This document shows positions 11,915 to 26,457 of a DNA stretch of 64,000 bases, in pieces (position 1 is the stretch's first letter; each line of letters opens with the position of its first letter). The DNA comes from Nageia nagi (Eukaryota > Plantae > Pinophyta): positions 1,674,001 to 1,738,000 of the forward strand of contig JBITNC010000002.1 in the NCBI GenBank assembly GCA_050084985.1, written 5' to 3'. The position numbers and the translations under genes are program-made. A model generated the notes under the pieces. The model had not been told where the DNA came from, searched no databases, and saw nothing but the letters and a program-made list of their open reading frames with translations.

Positions 11915-14900
11915 ATGGCAAGCAGAGAAGGTTTCTCATCTAACAAGGCACCTCTCTTTGATGGAACCAATTATGCTTTCTGGAAAATTCGAATGAAGAC
12001 TTATCTCAGTGCATTGGGTTTTGGTACTTGGGATGCTGTTAAAAGGGGTTACACTCCTCCCCCTATAGGTCCATCAGATGAAGCAGAAAGAAAGGCATTT
12101 GAATGTGATGCAAAAGCAAGAAATGATCTAATGTGTGGCCTTATGGGCAGTGAATTGGTGAAAGTTATGGCATGCAAATCTGCAAAAGAAATATGGAATA
12201 AGTTGAAGAGCATTCACGAAGGAGATGATAAAGTCAAGGAAGCAAAACTCCAAACTCATAGAGCTCAATTCGAAGTTCTAAAGATGAATGAAGATGAAAC
12301 CATCGAAGCATACATGTTGAGAGTAAATGAAATTACTAATGCAATCAGAGGTCTTGGGGAAGAAATTGAAGATCATGTCATCGTGAAAAAGGTACTACGA
12401 TCTCTCACATCTTGCTTTGATTCAAAGGTGTCTATTATTGAAGAAGCAAAAAATTTGAAAACTTTCAGCATGGATGAAATGCATGGATCATTGACTGCTT
12501 ATGAAATGAGGATCGAAAAAGCAAAACATTCAGAAAAGGAAGTAGCATTTAAAGCCAATAACATTACCACAGCCAAAATAGATTTTGACGATGAGGAACA
12601 ATCTGATGAAGCAGAAGCAAATTTTGTTAGAAAGCTAAAAAGGGGAAAAGGTAAATATAAAGGCAAGCTACCGTTTAAATGTTTTAATTATGGTGGTATT
12701 GGTCATTTCATTTAAAAATGTCCATATAGAAAAAATGATAAAGATGATCAAGAATCATATTTTGAGAAAAACCACAAAATGAAATCTCATGCTCGAAATA
12801 GAAGGTCAAATAGACAGAGCTTCATATCTAGAAATGAAGGCTCCACTGATGATGATTCCAGTAATGAATCAGAAAAAGAATACAATGGAGCATTGTTTAT
12901 GGCATTTGAAGAGAAACTGAATGAAGATAATCAAAATGACCAAGAACATAAAAAGGAAGAGACAGATGAAGAAAATGACTATGAGATTGAGATTGATCTT
13001 GAAGAACTAATAACAGCATTGAATGAACTGAATAAAGAAATAAAGAAAAATAAGAAACTCTCAAAAAGGTTTGATGATGCAAGTAATATTATAGAAAAAT
13101 TAAAAATAGAAGTGGAAGAATCTAAGAGGATAAATGAGAGTTTGGAGGAACAACTTCTTGTGAAAGTTAAAAATTACAGTAAGCTTGAAGAAGAAATAAC
13201 TGGGCTACGTATGCAACTAGAGGAAGTCACCAAGAAAATTAGCTCTTTTGAATATCTAGAAGGAAGGTCGACTAAACTCAGCAAAATCATTAACAGTCAA
13301 AGAATGTTTTTCTGATAAATCTGGTCTAGGATATGAACGAGGACAATCTTCCAATGACATAAAAAGGGAAAACATAAAAGAAACCAAAAAGAAGGAAGAT
13401 AGCTCAGGACTGGAGGATGATGGCTTCACTCAAGTGCATTCCAGAAGAAGACCCTATGCAGGACCAAGAAGTACTCAGCAATATAATAGCTACATCCATC
13501 CCTTCAATGGATACTATTTCAAATGCAATGCATATGGACACAAAATTTCTGAATGTAAATGGACACAAAATTTTTGAATGTAAGTATAATATCGCTCCAA
13601 GAACCTTTGTTACTAGAATGCATTTGGCCCACTAATGGAGTATCCAGTTGAGTGTTACAACTGTCATGAGTATGGACACATTGCCAAATTCTGCAGAAAT
13701 AATCATGGCATGAGGTTCTTTCCACTGAGACAATTTCCTTCCATAAGATAGAATAAACAGTTTCAGAGAAGTCATCCACAGGAAGAAGAAAAGTATAATA
13801 AAAAACAAGAAGCTGAAATAAAAGTAAAACAAGTCTGGAAAGAAAAGGAGAAACTCAAAGAGATAAAGAGTCTTTAATCGTTCAAATAGCATTAAAAGCT
13901 CAAGATAAACCATCACCATGGATATTAGATAGCAGATGCTCAAGTCACATGATAGGTGACAAGAAGAAATTTCAAAAACTACAGGAATATGAAGGTGGGT
14001 CAGTAAGATTTGGAAACAATGATGGCACATAGATTATTGGCAAAGGGATAGTCAAAATAAATGATGGCAACATTAGATCCGAAGAGGTATTATTTATTGT
14101 GGGATTGAAGCATAATTTGTTGAGCGTTAGTCAAATATGTGACAAAGGACATGATGTAATTTTCAAAAAGCATGGCTGTGAGATCTGAAGGGCAAATAGT
14201 GGTAGACTTTTAGCAGTTGGTACAAGAACCTAGGGAAAATTTTTATACACCTTATTAGATATTTCAGAGGGATCATGTCTTCTAGGCAAGGAGAGTGATG
14301 ATTGGCTATGGCATAAGAGATTGGGACACATCTATTTTTAAAAACTTGATGAACATTTGCTCAAAAAGAGCAGTAAGAGATATACCCAGTATCAGCAAAC
14401 TAGCAAATGATATTTGTGATTCATGCCAAAGGGAAAGCAAACTCGGGCAAAGTTCAAAGTGAAAGAATATCACACAAGCAGACCATTGGAAATCATACAC
14501 ACCGACCTATGTGGACCAATGAGAACACAAAGCGTCAATGGAGATAAGTATTTTATTCTGTTCATAGATGATTATTCAAGAATGACTTGGGTGCAATTTT
14601 TGAAACATAAATCTGAAGCTTTTGAAATGTTCAAAGCATTTAAAAAATCAAGTAGAAAATCAGGTAGAGAGGAGAATTAAATGTCTTCACTCAGACAGAG
14701 GAGGTGAGTTCACTTCTGATGAGTTTCTGAGTTTTGCATACAACACGGAATTAAAAGACAATTCTCTGTAGCAAGAACTCCACAACAAAATGGAGTAGTT
14801 GAAAGAAAAAATAGAGCAGTACAAGAAATGGCTCAAACCATGCTGATAGAAAGCAAGGTTGCTGATAGGTTCTGGAAAGAAGCAGTGCATACTATAGTGC

Positions 14901-15687
14901 ATATTCAAAATAGATGTATGATGCGACCACATGAGGATAGAACACCATATGAATTATGGTTTGGAAGAAGAGCTATAATGAGGCACTTCAAGATCTTTGG
15001 CAGTAAATGCTATATCAAGAGAATAGAAGAAAATTTAGAAAAGTTTGAGGATAGATCTAATGAAGGTATCTTTCTTGGTTACTCTTCGAAGAGCAAAGCA
15101 TACAGGTGTTACAATAAAAGGACAAAAATAATCGTTGATAGTGCTGATGTTCGTGTTGATGAGCAAAGAGATCTTCCAAGAGAAATGATGATGATGATCT
15201 TCCTGCCTATCAAGATTCAATTGAAGAAGACAAAAAGAATAAAAACAAATCTAAGCCTCCTGTACAACAATCACAAGTAAAGAAACCAGAAGATTTAAAT
15301 TCGCCAAGTAACCCAAATAGTGTTTCAGAAAATGAGTCGGAAGAAGATGAAAATTCAAAAACTCCACCAAATAGATGGCACAAGGATCATCCACAAGAGC
15401 AAATCATCGGTAATTTTCATACAGGCATCCAAACTTGCAGAGGGGTTTCACACACCTATTCTCTCCTATCCAATATAGAGCCTAAAAATGTCTCAGAAGC
15501 TAGCCAAGATGAAAGCTAGATGAAAGCAATGGAGGAAGAACTCACTCAAATTGAAAAGAATGAAACATGGGAACTCGTTCCTAGACCAACCAACAAAAAG
15601 TGATTGGCACAAAGTGGATTTTTCACAATAAGTTGAATGAAGATGGGATAGTGGTTCGAAATAAAGCTAGACTTGTCTGCAAGGGAT
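11915..15687 (+). pseudogene. Copia gag-pol polyprotein, disrupted by stops and frameshifts
   Basis: Gag PLFDGTNYAFWKIRM (11915-12715) and Zn knuckles. Protease WILDSRCSSHM at about 13919. Integrase IIHTDLCGPM/FIDDYSR/SDRGGEF/TPQQNGVVERKN. RT start ETWELVPRP...NKARLVCKG. Confidence 0.9.
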
Positions 15688-18600
15688 AGTTGCCTATGGC
15701 CATCTTAGAGGAATTGATTTGACATAGTCTCCTACTTTTCCCCTTTGAGCATGATTAGAAGTATTGAGTTTATCTTTGCTCATGATGATAAAACCCTTCT
15801 AAAATTAACTAAAGGACTTAGAAATCATCCTTTCTAAAATAATGAAACATTTGAATGAAGAGCCCTATCATGGACATCCATAGTATAAGTTACCTATATT
15901 GGAAAATCAGCTACAAAAAGTATGCCATAAAATAGAAGAAGACACCTGTATCTTTAAAAAGGCCTCCACCAATCTCTAATGAAGACTCTACATCCATAAG
16001 GTAGAAATAATTGTAAGATCAATTATACATAAATCAAGTACAAATTAGCTCAAATTATACATATGTATACTTAATTATAATTGAGGGATCATATAGTATA
16101 AATAATCTTCACAAATGCATGACTTCCAAGATTCAGGTATCAATTAATTTTCAAGCTACAAAATACCACAGTTGAAATATGCAAGAATGAACAATTCACA
16201 CAAATGTTGTTAAAAGTAAAGCATACCAAGAAAATAGGTACACAAGTGCCCACAATTGTATGATAATGATATCAAATATTAATACCAAGGGGATGATATA
16301 AGGAGCCAACGTTAAGTGATCATACACTACAATATGGTCATGAATGGACAGTCTTGATCCTATAATCTGATTCTCTCCATAACCAGGATACTCCTCAAAC
16401 TTAGATAAGTCCATTATAAAGCTAACCCAAAATAACACAAATGGTAGTTACTACACTAAAGTGAGATATTAGAATCCATCAACTTGTAATCCTTCTAATG
16501 TTATAGGGTTTTCTATGTGCTAGATTATCCCTAAAGGAATACGTAATAATATAATTCTATATATCTAGCAATGATTTCCAAGGCCTAATAGTTTTCATGG
16601 ATTGGATTACCTAATATCATCCAGTCCCATGCCCAAGTGGTATAGGAGCATTTTAAGTTAAGGTGTATCTTGTCTCTCATGCTACATGGATCCAGTACTG
16701 CTATGCATGGTCTACAAGGCAGCATGGCATATTAGGGATAAGTGCTTACATGCAACATTGGATCTAGAATATCTATTAAAGGTTAAATGCATATTAAGTG
16801 CCTCATATCACTTATTTGTAAAAACCTAAGTTCCAAAATCATGTATCAAGATCTTCAGTACATTGAAATACCATAATTACATTAGAATTTCCACTTGGGC
16901 TATAGTACATAAGTTTCTAAAGGTATTAACTAAAGATATTATTTTTTCCAAAAAGAGGAATCTATGTCCAAATATTTACAAAAGGCGTTCACAAAGCCAC
17001 GTTCCTTCCAAGAATTCAAACAACAAAGTAAGTATTTTGTCCTTTCCATGTGGAGTCCTATTCTGGAATCCCCCATTATTTACTCATGAATTTGTTTATA
17101 CTTTTCTTACTAATATCCAATCATCTCTTTGTATTAAATATTATTATCCTGGCATTCATGTATGGAAAGTAATGGAGAGATTCTATAATCCCATTGTTAT
17201 ATTGCAAGAGGGAGAATGAAAGAGTGCTATTTGGCTAGGTATGTCAATGTGTGATTGCCTACCTTAGTACAAGTTGTGATGACTAAGACTGTGTGATTTC
17301 TTTGCATCACTCTTTTGGTAAAAGATCGCCATATGGTTGCATCCTCAAGGACAATTGTACTCGTAGTAAAAGGCTCATCTTGGAAGATACTTCTCTAGAA
17401 TGATTCACATTTAATAGGTTTCCTCAGTGCTTCGATGATAGTCACAAGTATTTAAAGAAGATTTAGTCTGTAGAATTCCTTCATCAAATAAATATATAAA
17501 ATTAGAAAGGAATCGTAACTATCAAAGAAAGGAAACATTTTATAGGACATGAGAAAGATGGAGTTAAGCAATTCTCTAAACATTGAAGCCATTTGATACC
17601 TGTTTGCTACCATCGATCCATAATATCAAGTACTCACCCATGTTGACACAAATTCTATTTTACTTATTTTGGAGTATAGTAGTGCATGGAGTAAGGGTGT
17701 GTATATGAAAAATATTGCCAAGGCTCATAAACTTTGGTTCCCTTCATTTACCCCAGAGAATGAATTGAAATCTTTTGGACAAATAAGTCAGCAATTTGTT
17801 TTTTGTATTGTGAGAGATGGAAAAGAATGGGTAAATTTTAGAGCCTATTTGAGATTGAACTATGTATATAATCTGAAACTAAAATCACATTTAAGCTTCA
17901 TACATCTTAACAAACTTCACATGGGATATCTCACAAAGTAACTAATAGTGTGTGTTATCCTAAATAGGAGTATATCCCTGAACTAATCTTACTAAGTCAA
18001 ATATTAAAAGTTGACATACGAATCTCTATCTTAACTCTACATTCTATCTAAGAAGCATACTTTACAAATTGGTGTGTTATCAAAAGTTGGAGCCTTCTAT
18101 TTTAGGCAAAATCCCTCTTTGGATTCAGAATATTTATCAAATTACAAAACATTACATGCAATTCTTTTCTATAAAAAGATATACAAACTAAAAATGCAAT
18201 ACTTTCCAACAGCTTCCGCTAATCATAGGGAATAGAGCAAGTAGAACAACTAAGAAGCTAAATAGAGTTCATCAGTCCAAATTAAAAATAAGATTCCTTT
18301 TTATTTATTTGTTGAAGTAGATAGGAAATATCTAGTTTGAGACTTCACGTTTTGCAAATAAATCATTAAACGAATAGGTTTCAAATGTAATGAGAGTATA
18401 ACTAGAGTAGTCAGTGATAGATTACAAAATTACATACTAAAGTATATAATTTGCAATCTGGAACTTTGAAGTCAGTGTAAGACTCAAATAACAAGCATTA
18501 GAGCATCATATTCTAACAAATAGTATCCAAAATTCCATCTTTTGAACTGATCAAGTGGTGCTTGATAGCATCACAAGATGCATGCCAAAAATTATTTGCA

Positions 18601-18841
18601 TTTCTTTAAAAAGTGTTATTGTCATTACAAATTGAGCAAGCAATACAAGTTTCTTCACATATGGATTTGATTGAGTGCCAAAGACACATTAATGAGTTCT
18701 CAATCGTGAACTAATTGATAGTGCTAATGTACATTAGGCTACGCACAAATGTCTCTCAATATTAATCTAATCATGTTTAAAAGACAAATATAGGTTGTCA
18801 CATGGGGATAACCTAACAATGCACTGAAGACCAAAATGAGC
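15688..18841. other. Error-rich duplicate of 6465-10065 (probable unpolished read or alternate haplotype in the assembly)
   Basis: Collinear over the whole length, including the LTR junctions, but about 450 bp shorter through scattered 1-3 bp deletions. Confidence 0.8.
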
Positions 18842-19131
18842 ATGCACATACGAGTTCCTCACATATGGATAACTGAATAGTGCCAAAAGATACATAAGAT
18901 TTCCTCACATATGGATAACTAAATAATGTTATATTGACCAATTTGTACAATAAGTTCCTCATGTAGAGCAAACTTACCATGAAGGTGTACAATAAAATCA
19001 ACACTATACAGCATAAAATCCTTCTAGGTATGAAGTTATCATTACAAACATGAATTCAACACAAGAATTCAAACTTCACTCCCCCTTGAGGATAATTTCA
19101 CCAACTTTATTGCATCCTTAAGCTTATAGAA

Positions 19132-22100
19132 CTAAGCTTTTAAGAGGGGCTTAATGAACAAATCAGTAGAGTTCAAGGTGGATGGACAATACTCTAGGTG
19201 TATGATGCCATCAAGAACCTTCTCCTTAATAAAATGGGTATGGATTTCCACATGTTTTATTCTCTGATGGAACACTACATTCTTATCCAAAGAAATAGCT
19301 AATTGTTTATTTGAGGAGATCAAATATGAGCCACCTTGCTTAAATCTAATTTCTTTCATAAGATGTCTTAGCCAAATGGCTTCTTGGGCTACAACAGACA
19401 TGGCATGATATTTAGCTTCTATGGTGGAAAGAGAAATAGTAGGTTGCTTCTTGGAAGCCCAAGATATAGCACCAAATCAATGCTAAACACATACATAGAG
19501 GTTGACTTCCTATCATCTCTATCTTCCCCATAGTTAGAATCTGAGAATCCAAAGAGAATAAATAAAGGCAACTTGGAATACTTGAGAGTAAGATCCTTAG
19601 TCCTTGCAACATACCTTAAGATTTGCTTAATAGCATTGAGATGCTCAACATATGGTTTTTGCATGAATCATGCCATTAGATTCACTACAAAGGTAATATC
19701 TAGCCTATATATGGTCAAATACAAAAGACTACCAATTAATTACCTGTAAGTTGTAGCATCAGCCAATTGAGAGTTGAAGCTTAGAGAAATAGTGATTCTA
19801 GGAGAGATTGAGATTGCAGCATATCTACACTCCTCCATTCCAAACTTTTGTAAGATGTCTGATATATACTTAAATTGATTAAAGTAAGTACAATCCTCAT
19901 ATTGATACACTTGCATTCTAAGATAGTAGTTCAAGAGACCAAGATCAATCATTTCAAACATTGCCTTAAGTTTGGATATGCACTCTTGAATGATTTCATC
20001 ATTATTCCTAATAATCAAAAGATCATCCACATAAAGAAGAATTAATACCACATCTTTTCCTTGATTGAGCACATATAGATTGAAATCAAAAAAATACTTG
20101 AGAAATCTAATATCTGCAAAGTACTCTAAAATCTTTCTATACCAAGCTTGAGGTGCTTTCAGAAGTCCATACAATGACTTCTTTAACTTGCACATAAAGG
20201 ACCCTTTACCTTCCATAATAAACCCTTCTAGTTGATTCATAAAGATTTCCACATCCAAGTCACCATTGAGAAATGCACTCTTGATGTTAAGTTAAAAAAC
20301 TTTCCATCGTTGAGCTACAAAAAGAGCAAAGATAACTCTCACATTAGGCATATTTGCCATAGGAGCAAAGGTTTTCTCATAATCTACACTATATTTCTGA
20401 GCAAAAACTTTAGCTACTAATCTTGCCTTGTATTTCTCAATATCTCCAACTGAATTGAACTTGACCTTATAGATCCACTTATTGCCAATCACATTCTTAT
20501 CATTGGGATAAGGAATTAAGTCCTAAGTTTTATTTTTCATAAGTGACTCATACTCCACTTTCATGACTTCCATCTAGCACTCATACTTAGAAGCTTCTTT
20601 GAAGGTTGGGGGCTCATGGTTGATGTCAATCTTGGTAATTAAAGATCTGTTCAAGGTCATGCTCCTTATTACCCTTTATGTTGGAGAATTTTATTCCTAA
20701 GGTGACTTGTCTACATCAATATCCAACTAGTTAGAAGCAACTAAAAAGTCCTTTGGATCACCAACATTCTTGTTAGAAAGTAGATTCTTCAAGAAGATCA
20801 TTGAACTTTACATCTTTTGAAATGAACACTACTTTATAGATTGGAAAGTAGAGCTTGTAGCCTCTATGCTGACTTTCATAACCCATAAAGAAGCATTTTT
20901 TAGTTTTTTTATCCAACTTCTTCCTTTTCTCAGAAATAATGTAAGAGAATGCTTCATAATGATAAATGTTGGTTTTGTTTCTACCATGCCTTAAAAGATT
21001 TTCTCTAATGACTTTGTGGACACCTATTCAAGTGTGTAAATAGTAGGCTCATAGCTTAATCCCATAGGAACTTAGGAAGATTACCCAACATGATCTAGCC
21101 ATCTCCATAATTATTCTATTTTTTCTTTCGGTAACATATTCTGTTAGGAGTGTATGAAATTGTAAAGCCTCTTGATTCCATACTTAGCATAATATCATTG
21201 AGGTCATTACTATTATATTCTCCTCCATATCTGATCTTCAATTTTGATTTTAAGGTTAGTTTGATTCTAAAAAAAACTTAAAAAATTAAAACTCTCAAAA
21301 TTTTATCTTTGTGCTCAAGTAGATACCCAAAGTTCATCCTCTGAAGTCATCAATGAAGGTCAAAATGTAAGATGCTCTTCAAGCGACTTACTCTAAAATG
21401 GACCCATCAAATCTGAATGCACAAGTTGAAGAGGTTGAGATGTCTTGTTACCTTATCTTTTTTAAACTTTTATCTATGCATTTTTTAAGAATGCATTCTC
21501 ACATAGACAACTGAAAAGAAATTAAAGGAAGCCTTCCAAAGTTCTTGGTCTTTCATGATTGAACACTCTTATGGTTAAAGTGCCCTAAACAATGATGCCA
21601 AAGATTACCTTTAGAAACACATTAGAAGAAGTATATTTTGATGGAACTTGATCCATAATGTATAGGTTATCTTTCATAAATCCTTTAACCAAAGTGGCAA
21701 TTCCTCTCTTAATGCACAAGATTGAGAGTCAAACTCAAAAGAATAACCCTTTTATAGCAACTTGGATCAAAAGAGAAGATTCATCCTTAACTTAGGAACA
21801 TAGAAAACATTTTTAGAACCTTTTTGAATTAGCACACTCCTAATTTCTTGAACTTCAAGGGTAGAGTTATCACCTATTACAACTGCATCCTTATTATACT
21901 TATAAAAGTTCTTAAACTTTTCTTTTCAAAGCATAGTGATTAGTGCAACCAGAGTTCAACAATCCATTCAGATGAAAAAGTGTGAGACATGGAGTAGAGT
22001 GCGCGCAAAACTAGGATGAGTATTTTTTTTCTTTGTAATTCTTTACATTTCCATTTTCTTTATTCTTTTCTCTCTTTTTTTTGTAGCATACAATTTCTTT

Positions 22101-22900
22101 TGACTTGAATGCCAAATAGTTACAATTACTATCAAACTTTTTCTTAAGATAAGGAGTGTTTGCTTTGCCTTTTCCATCTCTTTCTTGAAATGATTATTGT
22201 TTCATATTATATTGTTTCTGATTATTGTTATTTTATTGTATCCATTACTCTTTCTCAAAACTTTTGGAGGGAAAGGATAAGATTTTTTTATGGTTGAATT
22301 CTTTTTGAAAGAATTTTGGTTCTCTAAGAGCAACCTTATTATCTTTAAGAGAAGAAATAACCCTTATTGTTAAGGGTTTCTCATGCTTCAATAGGTGCCT
22401 TGAAAGGTTCTCAAGAGAAGACTCCTTTTCATCATCAAGCCTTATTTTCAAAACTATTTAAAATTTCCAAACTTTGAATAGAGGCTTTGAAGAATGATGA
22501 AGATCATGAATCATCATTGATCAATTACATCCACAAGCAACAAGTTGGGTCCTTAGGTCAATGATTTTATTCAAGTAGATACAACATTTTCATCTTCTCT
22601 TGATGAGATTAAGAACTTTTGAAGTAAGGTAAACTCTCTTGAAAAATTTGAACCAAGGTAGATTTGCTTAAGCTTATCCCATGCTTTCTTTGTTGAGGTT
22701 GAAGAGGATATCATCAGGAGCACATTATCTAAAACTACATGGTAAATCATAGAGGTTGCTAATTCATTCTTTATTTGTAAGCTTCTAGTGCCTTCTCATC
22801 TATAGAGATACAAGATTCTCATTCATTGTTTTGCCAAACTTCTTTGCCTGCAATTTACTCTATCCAAGGTTCCCAAATCCCATAGTTGAACCATAAGAAT
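19132..22900 (-). pseudogene. Degenerate gag-pol of the family-B Copia
   Basis: RNase H (VVFHQRIKHVEIHTHFIKEKV...TDLFIKPL) and RT (KWIYKVKF...KYKARLVAK, KLKKSLYGL, LLYVDDLLI). Integrase, protease and gag fragments lie upstream. Confidence 0.9.
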
Positions 22901-25900
22901 GTGTTTAGATAAAAAGGATTCTTCCATTTGCTACATAAAATATTTGAAATATAAGCATATGTTTTCAATAAATAAAATTTTAAAGTTTTGAACTAAGTAA
23001 ATAATATATGTTACATTTAACACTAATACATCTTAATTTGATTCATAAGTGCAAATTTTTACAATTCAAATAATAACCCATGTACCCAAATCATTTCATA
23101 TCTCAAAAATTGCTAGATGTAGAGTGACATTATTAAGGTTTGTTTTCTTATCTACAATTAGGCCTTCACCTAGATGCCCACACAAGAGGAGCTCAAGTAC
23201 TACCAATCCTCAACTAGTTCCCCTTGGCTAGCAATATACTCTCACAGGAGAAGTACTAGCTAATTTTTAAGGTTTGAATGTTTATTTGATCACAAATTAT
23301 TAATCTTGATTAGATTTTAAGTTATTCTCTTAGGTTATCAGGATAATCCCTTAATGGATGTGAAACATGTGGTATCATTACACACATCCTATCCACCTAA
23401 TAGAGTTATGTCTAGACCAACAAGGACTTAGGGAAATTAAGAAGTATGAACTTTTACCACTTGGATCATCGAACTTAAAAGTTCTAATTTGCCTGTTCTC
23501 ACCTCATGTCTCCCAAATAAGTTCATGTTATAAAATGTACATATGGATTGTTCATTTTATGGGGTTTTCATATCAATATTTGCATTTTTTTTGCATAAGA
23601 AATAAATCAAAGTGCGAAACATGAAGTAAAAAAACATAAGTTAAAAAAAAATATCATCATGCAAAAATTTGAAACCTAAATGTCCAATGGGTTTTGTTTA
23701 CCAACCCCTAAAGGACATCTTTACATCATCACTTATTTACACAAGTCCAATAACTTTACATAAAAATACTTTAGCATGTACCATTTCATAACTTTGAATT
23801 AAGTAATAAGCATGCATCTTAAGCAAGTATCATCCCTATTAATTTGCATATGTTAACTTTGCATAAGTAAATAAGTATGCATCATTTAAAAAAAAAAATA
23901 AGTTATAAGCATAATTACTAATCATAAGCATGCATCTACTTAAGTATTAAGCATCAAAAAAAAAATTGAAGTCCTTAAGCATGCATCACCATCAAAAAAA
24001 AATTAAGTTATAAGCATGTATTATTAACTTAATAATTTAAGTACTATACATGCATTATTGATTTAAACAATAGACATATCATGTTTGCATATGTCCACTT
24101 ATATTATTGTACAAAATATCAAAAAAAAAATATCTAATAAACATGCATTATATGCATAAAAAAATTTCCAAAGATCTAGAATTTTAAGTAAAAAGAATCA
24201 TAAATTCCCCCCTTGTTACTTAAAGAGATCTTAAAGCAACATGATACCTTTAATAAGTACTTAAATAGTATGCAAGTTTAGAAATTTAGCTAAAGGAAAA
24301 AAAATCCAAGAAATTACCTTCCCCTTAAAAAAATATTTAAGTAATAGGAAAAAATTAGTCCTATAACATTCATTTTTTTAAGGCTAAATTTAAATATACT
24401 TTTAAATAAAAGTCATCATGAACTACCTATCATTCATGAGAGAATTAAATGAAGAGTGGAGATCTATACTCCATGTAAGTAATTCCTTTTACTCCATGCT
24501 AAGATAGGTTCATTAAAAAAAAGATTATGACATGCATGTCAGACTATGATGAATGAGATTAAATGTTAAGCTACCTTATTTTGTTTGAGTGATTGAGGAA
24601 AAAAAAAGAAAAAAAATCAACGATTTAAAGAGGGTAAGGAAAAAGGATTTGGATCATGCATGGGAGAGCAATCATGTGGAGCTCAAAGAGACCAAGGCAA
24701 GGTAGAGGAGACCCCAAGGAGGTGGTAAGTGGAGGAGACTATAGGAAATCATGTAGAGGTGAAGTGGAGGGCTATGCTGTGAGGGTGAGCCATGAGGGTG
24801 AGCCATGAGGGCTTGAGAGAGTGATAGGTGAGAGTAGTCATAAAGCAACAATGCACAAGCTAGTAGGATTGATATGATTGAGTAGGTAAGAACTTGGAGT
24901 GAGGCCATGAGTTAGGGTGGTAGCATCAAGTTAATACTGATGCTGCATAAGCAAGGGGGAGGTGGCTCACAATGTGGGAGGCATCACTTCTATGAAGAAG
25001 TTGCACATAGTTTGCTAAGAATCATTAGCTAAGGGTTTTTGGTGTGCTCTCAAATTACATCTAACACTCTTTCACCTTCCACTCACCACCAAGTCTTATC
25101 CCTCCACTCTAATACTAACCACTAGATAGGTGGTCACAAAAAAAATGTATAAACACCATGATAGCTTGCAGAGGAGGCAAGGAGAACATTTGGGAGTGGA
25201 GGGCTGGAGGTAGAGCCACTTTGGAGTGATTGGTGTGATCGGCTATGTAGGTAGGAGGGTACCATGAGGAAAAAAACAATGGGCTAAGTGGTGAGGTGGA
25301 AGCAATGTAGTTTTTTGGCTCAACCATAATGTCACCCTCACCTTCTTTTGATTGAAATTTTTATTATACAGCTACCCTCTTTTTTTTAATTTGAGTATAT
25401 GCTCAAAAATATTATTTTTGTTAAAAAATTCTCTCCCTTCCTCTTTTTTTATTAAATTTTGTATTTTACAACTATAAAAAAAATTATTTAAACAAAATAA
25501 ATCTATATAATTTTGTTTAATACCACATTAATGTAAAATTGCTCTCAGAGAATAAATTAAATATAAAGATAAATAAGCTTTACAAAGAAACCCCCCCCTT
25601 TAAAAATTTTAAAATGGCTTAGTGAGAAAAGTACAACTTTTTAAATATACTAAACTCTTTTATCACTATGCTCATTAGAGGTTAGTATAAAGCAAATGCA
25701 ATATATTACTATTTTAGCCAAGTTTTACAAAAACAATTAACTAACATATGACTCAAAATATGTTAGTATTATTAGCAAGATAAGCCAAAAATCAAAAAAT
25801 GAAGGAGATTTTATGAAGGAGGTTATACCTTCTTTTGAATTTACCTCACAATGAAGAGTAGGTTTAATAATCAAGACCTCCAAGTTGAAGATGAGTCTTC

Positions 25901-25946
25901 AAACCAAGGATGTGAAGAGGAGCCTCCAAGTTGCTCTAATACCAAA

Positions 25947-26452
25947 TGAAAGAATTGAACTATAATAAGAACAATCTTAAACTACCAAGATCACATGAAA
26001 GCTCTCAATTCACATCTAACAAACTCACAAATAAGACAATCTCACAAAGTAACTCAAGATGTAAAGTGGTTCCTCCAACTAGGAGTACATCCACTAACTA
26101 GATCTTTACTTCAATCACAATTACAACTCTCTTACAATCCTCCTAATCTCAACTCCTACACTTCTATCCTATAGCATAACTTTACTCTACAATTGATGTG
26201 TTATCACAAAGAGGGATCCTTCTATTTATAGGCCAAAATCTCTCTTTGGATCACCTTTTTATCCAATGTACAAAAGTGTTACATGCACATCATTTTACCC
26301 AAGGGGCATGCTCATGACATGGAGTGTAGAACAAGTTACATTATCATATTCACTTAAATACTTAAGGTATCAAATTATACCCTTAAGTATTAGTGAATTT
26401 ACATAGAATATTTAATAGAAACCTTTACAATAATGCATTATACATTCCAACA
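25947..26452 (-). repeat. 5' LTR of the family-B Copia (506 bp)
   Basis: Matches 8972-9378, which lacks about 100 bp of the internal LTR sequence; PBS adjacent. Confidence 0.92.
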
Positions 26453-26457
26453 TATCT

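Larger units (their letters stand above)
10066..15687 (+). mobile_element. Younger Ty1/Copia element with a long 1785-bp 5' LTR (SIRE/Maximus- or Gymco-like), truncated in RT
   Basis: LTR TGTTGAGC...GTCCAACA at 10066-11850, with ATTCACCCCCCCTCT near its 3' end. Perfect PBS TGGTATCAGAGC at 11853-11864. Gag, protease, integrase and the RT start (NKARLVCKG) follow, then an abrupt break. Confidence 0.92.
8972..26452 (-). mobile_element. Ty1/Copia LTR retrotransposon (LTR family B) inserted in the Gypsy integrase
   Basis: LTRs 8972-9378 and 25947-26452 (TGAA...TTCCAACA). Perfect TSD TATCT at 8967-8971 and 26453-26457. PBS TGGTATTAGAGC at 25933-25944, PPT at 9379-9390, pol relics at 19132-22900. 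Confidence 0.92.

Noticed and set aside
15688-18841. Genuine ancient segmental duplication
   Set aside because: Differences are dominated by small deletions rather than C>T transitions, and the junctions coincide with a TE presence/absence site. An artefact is more parsimonious, though not proven.
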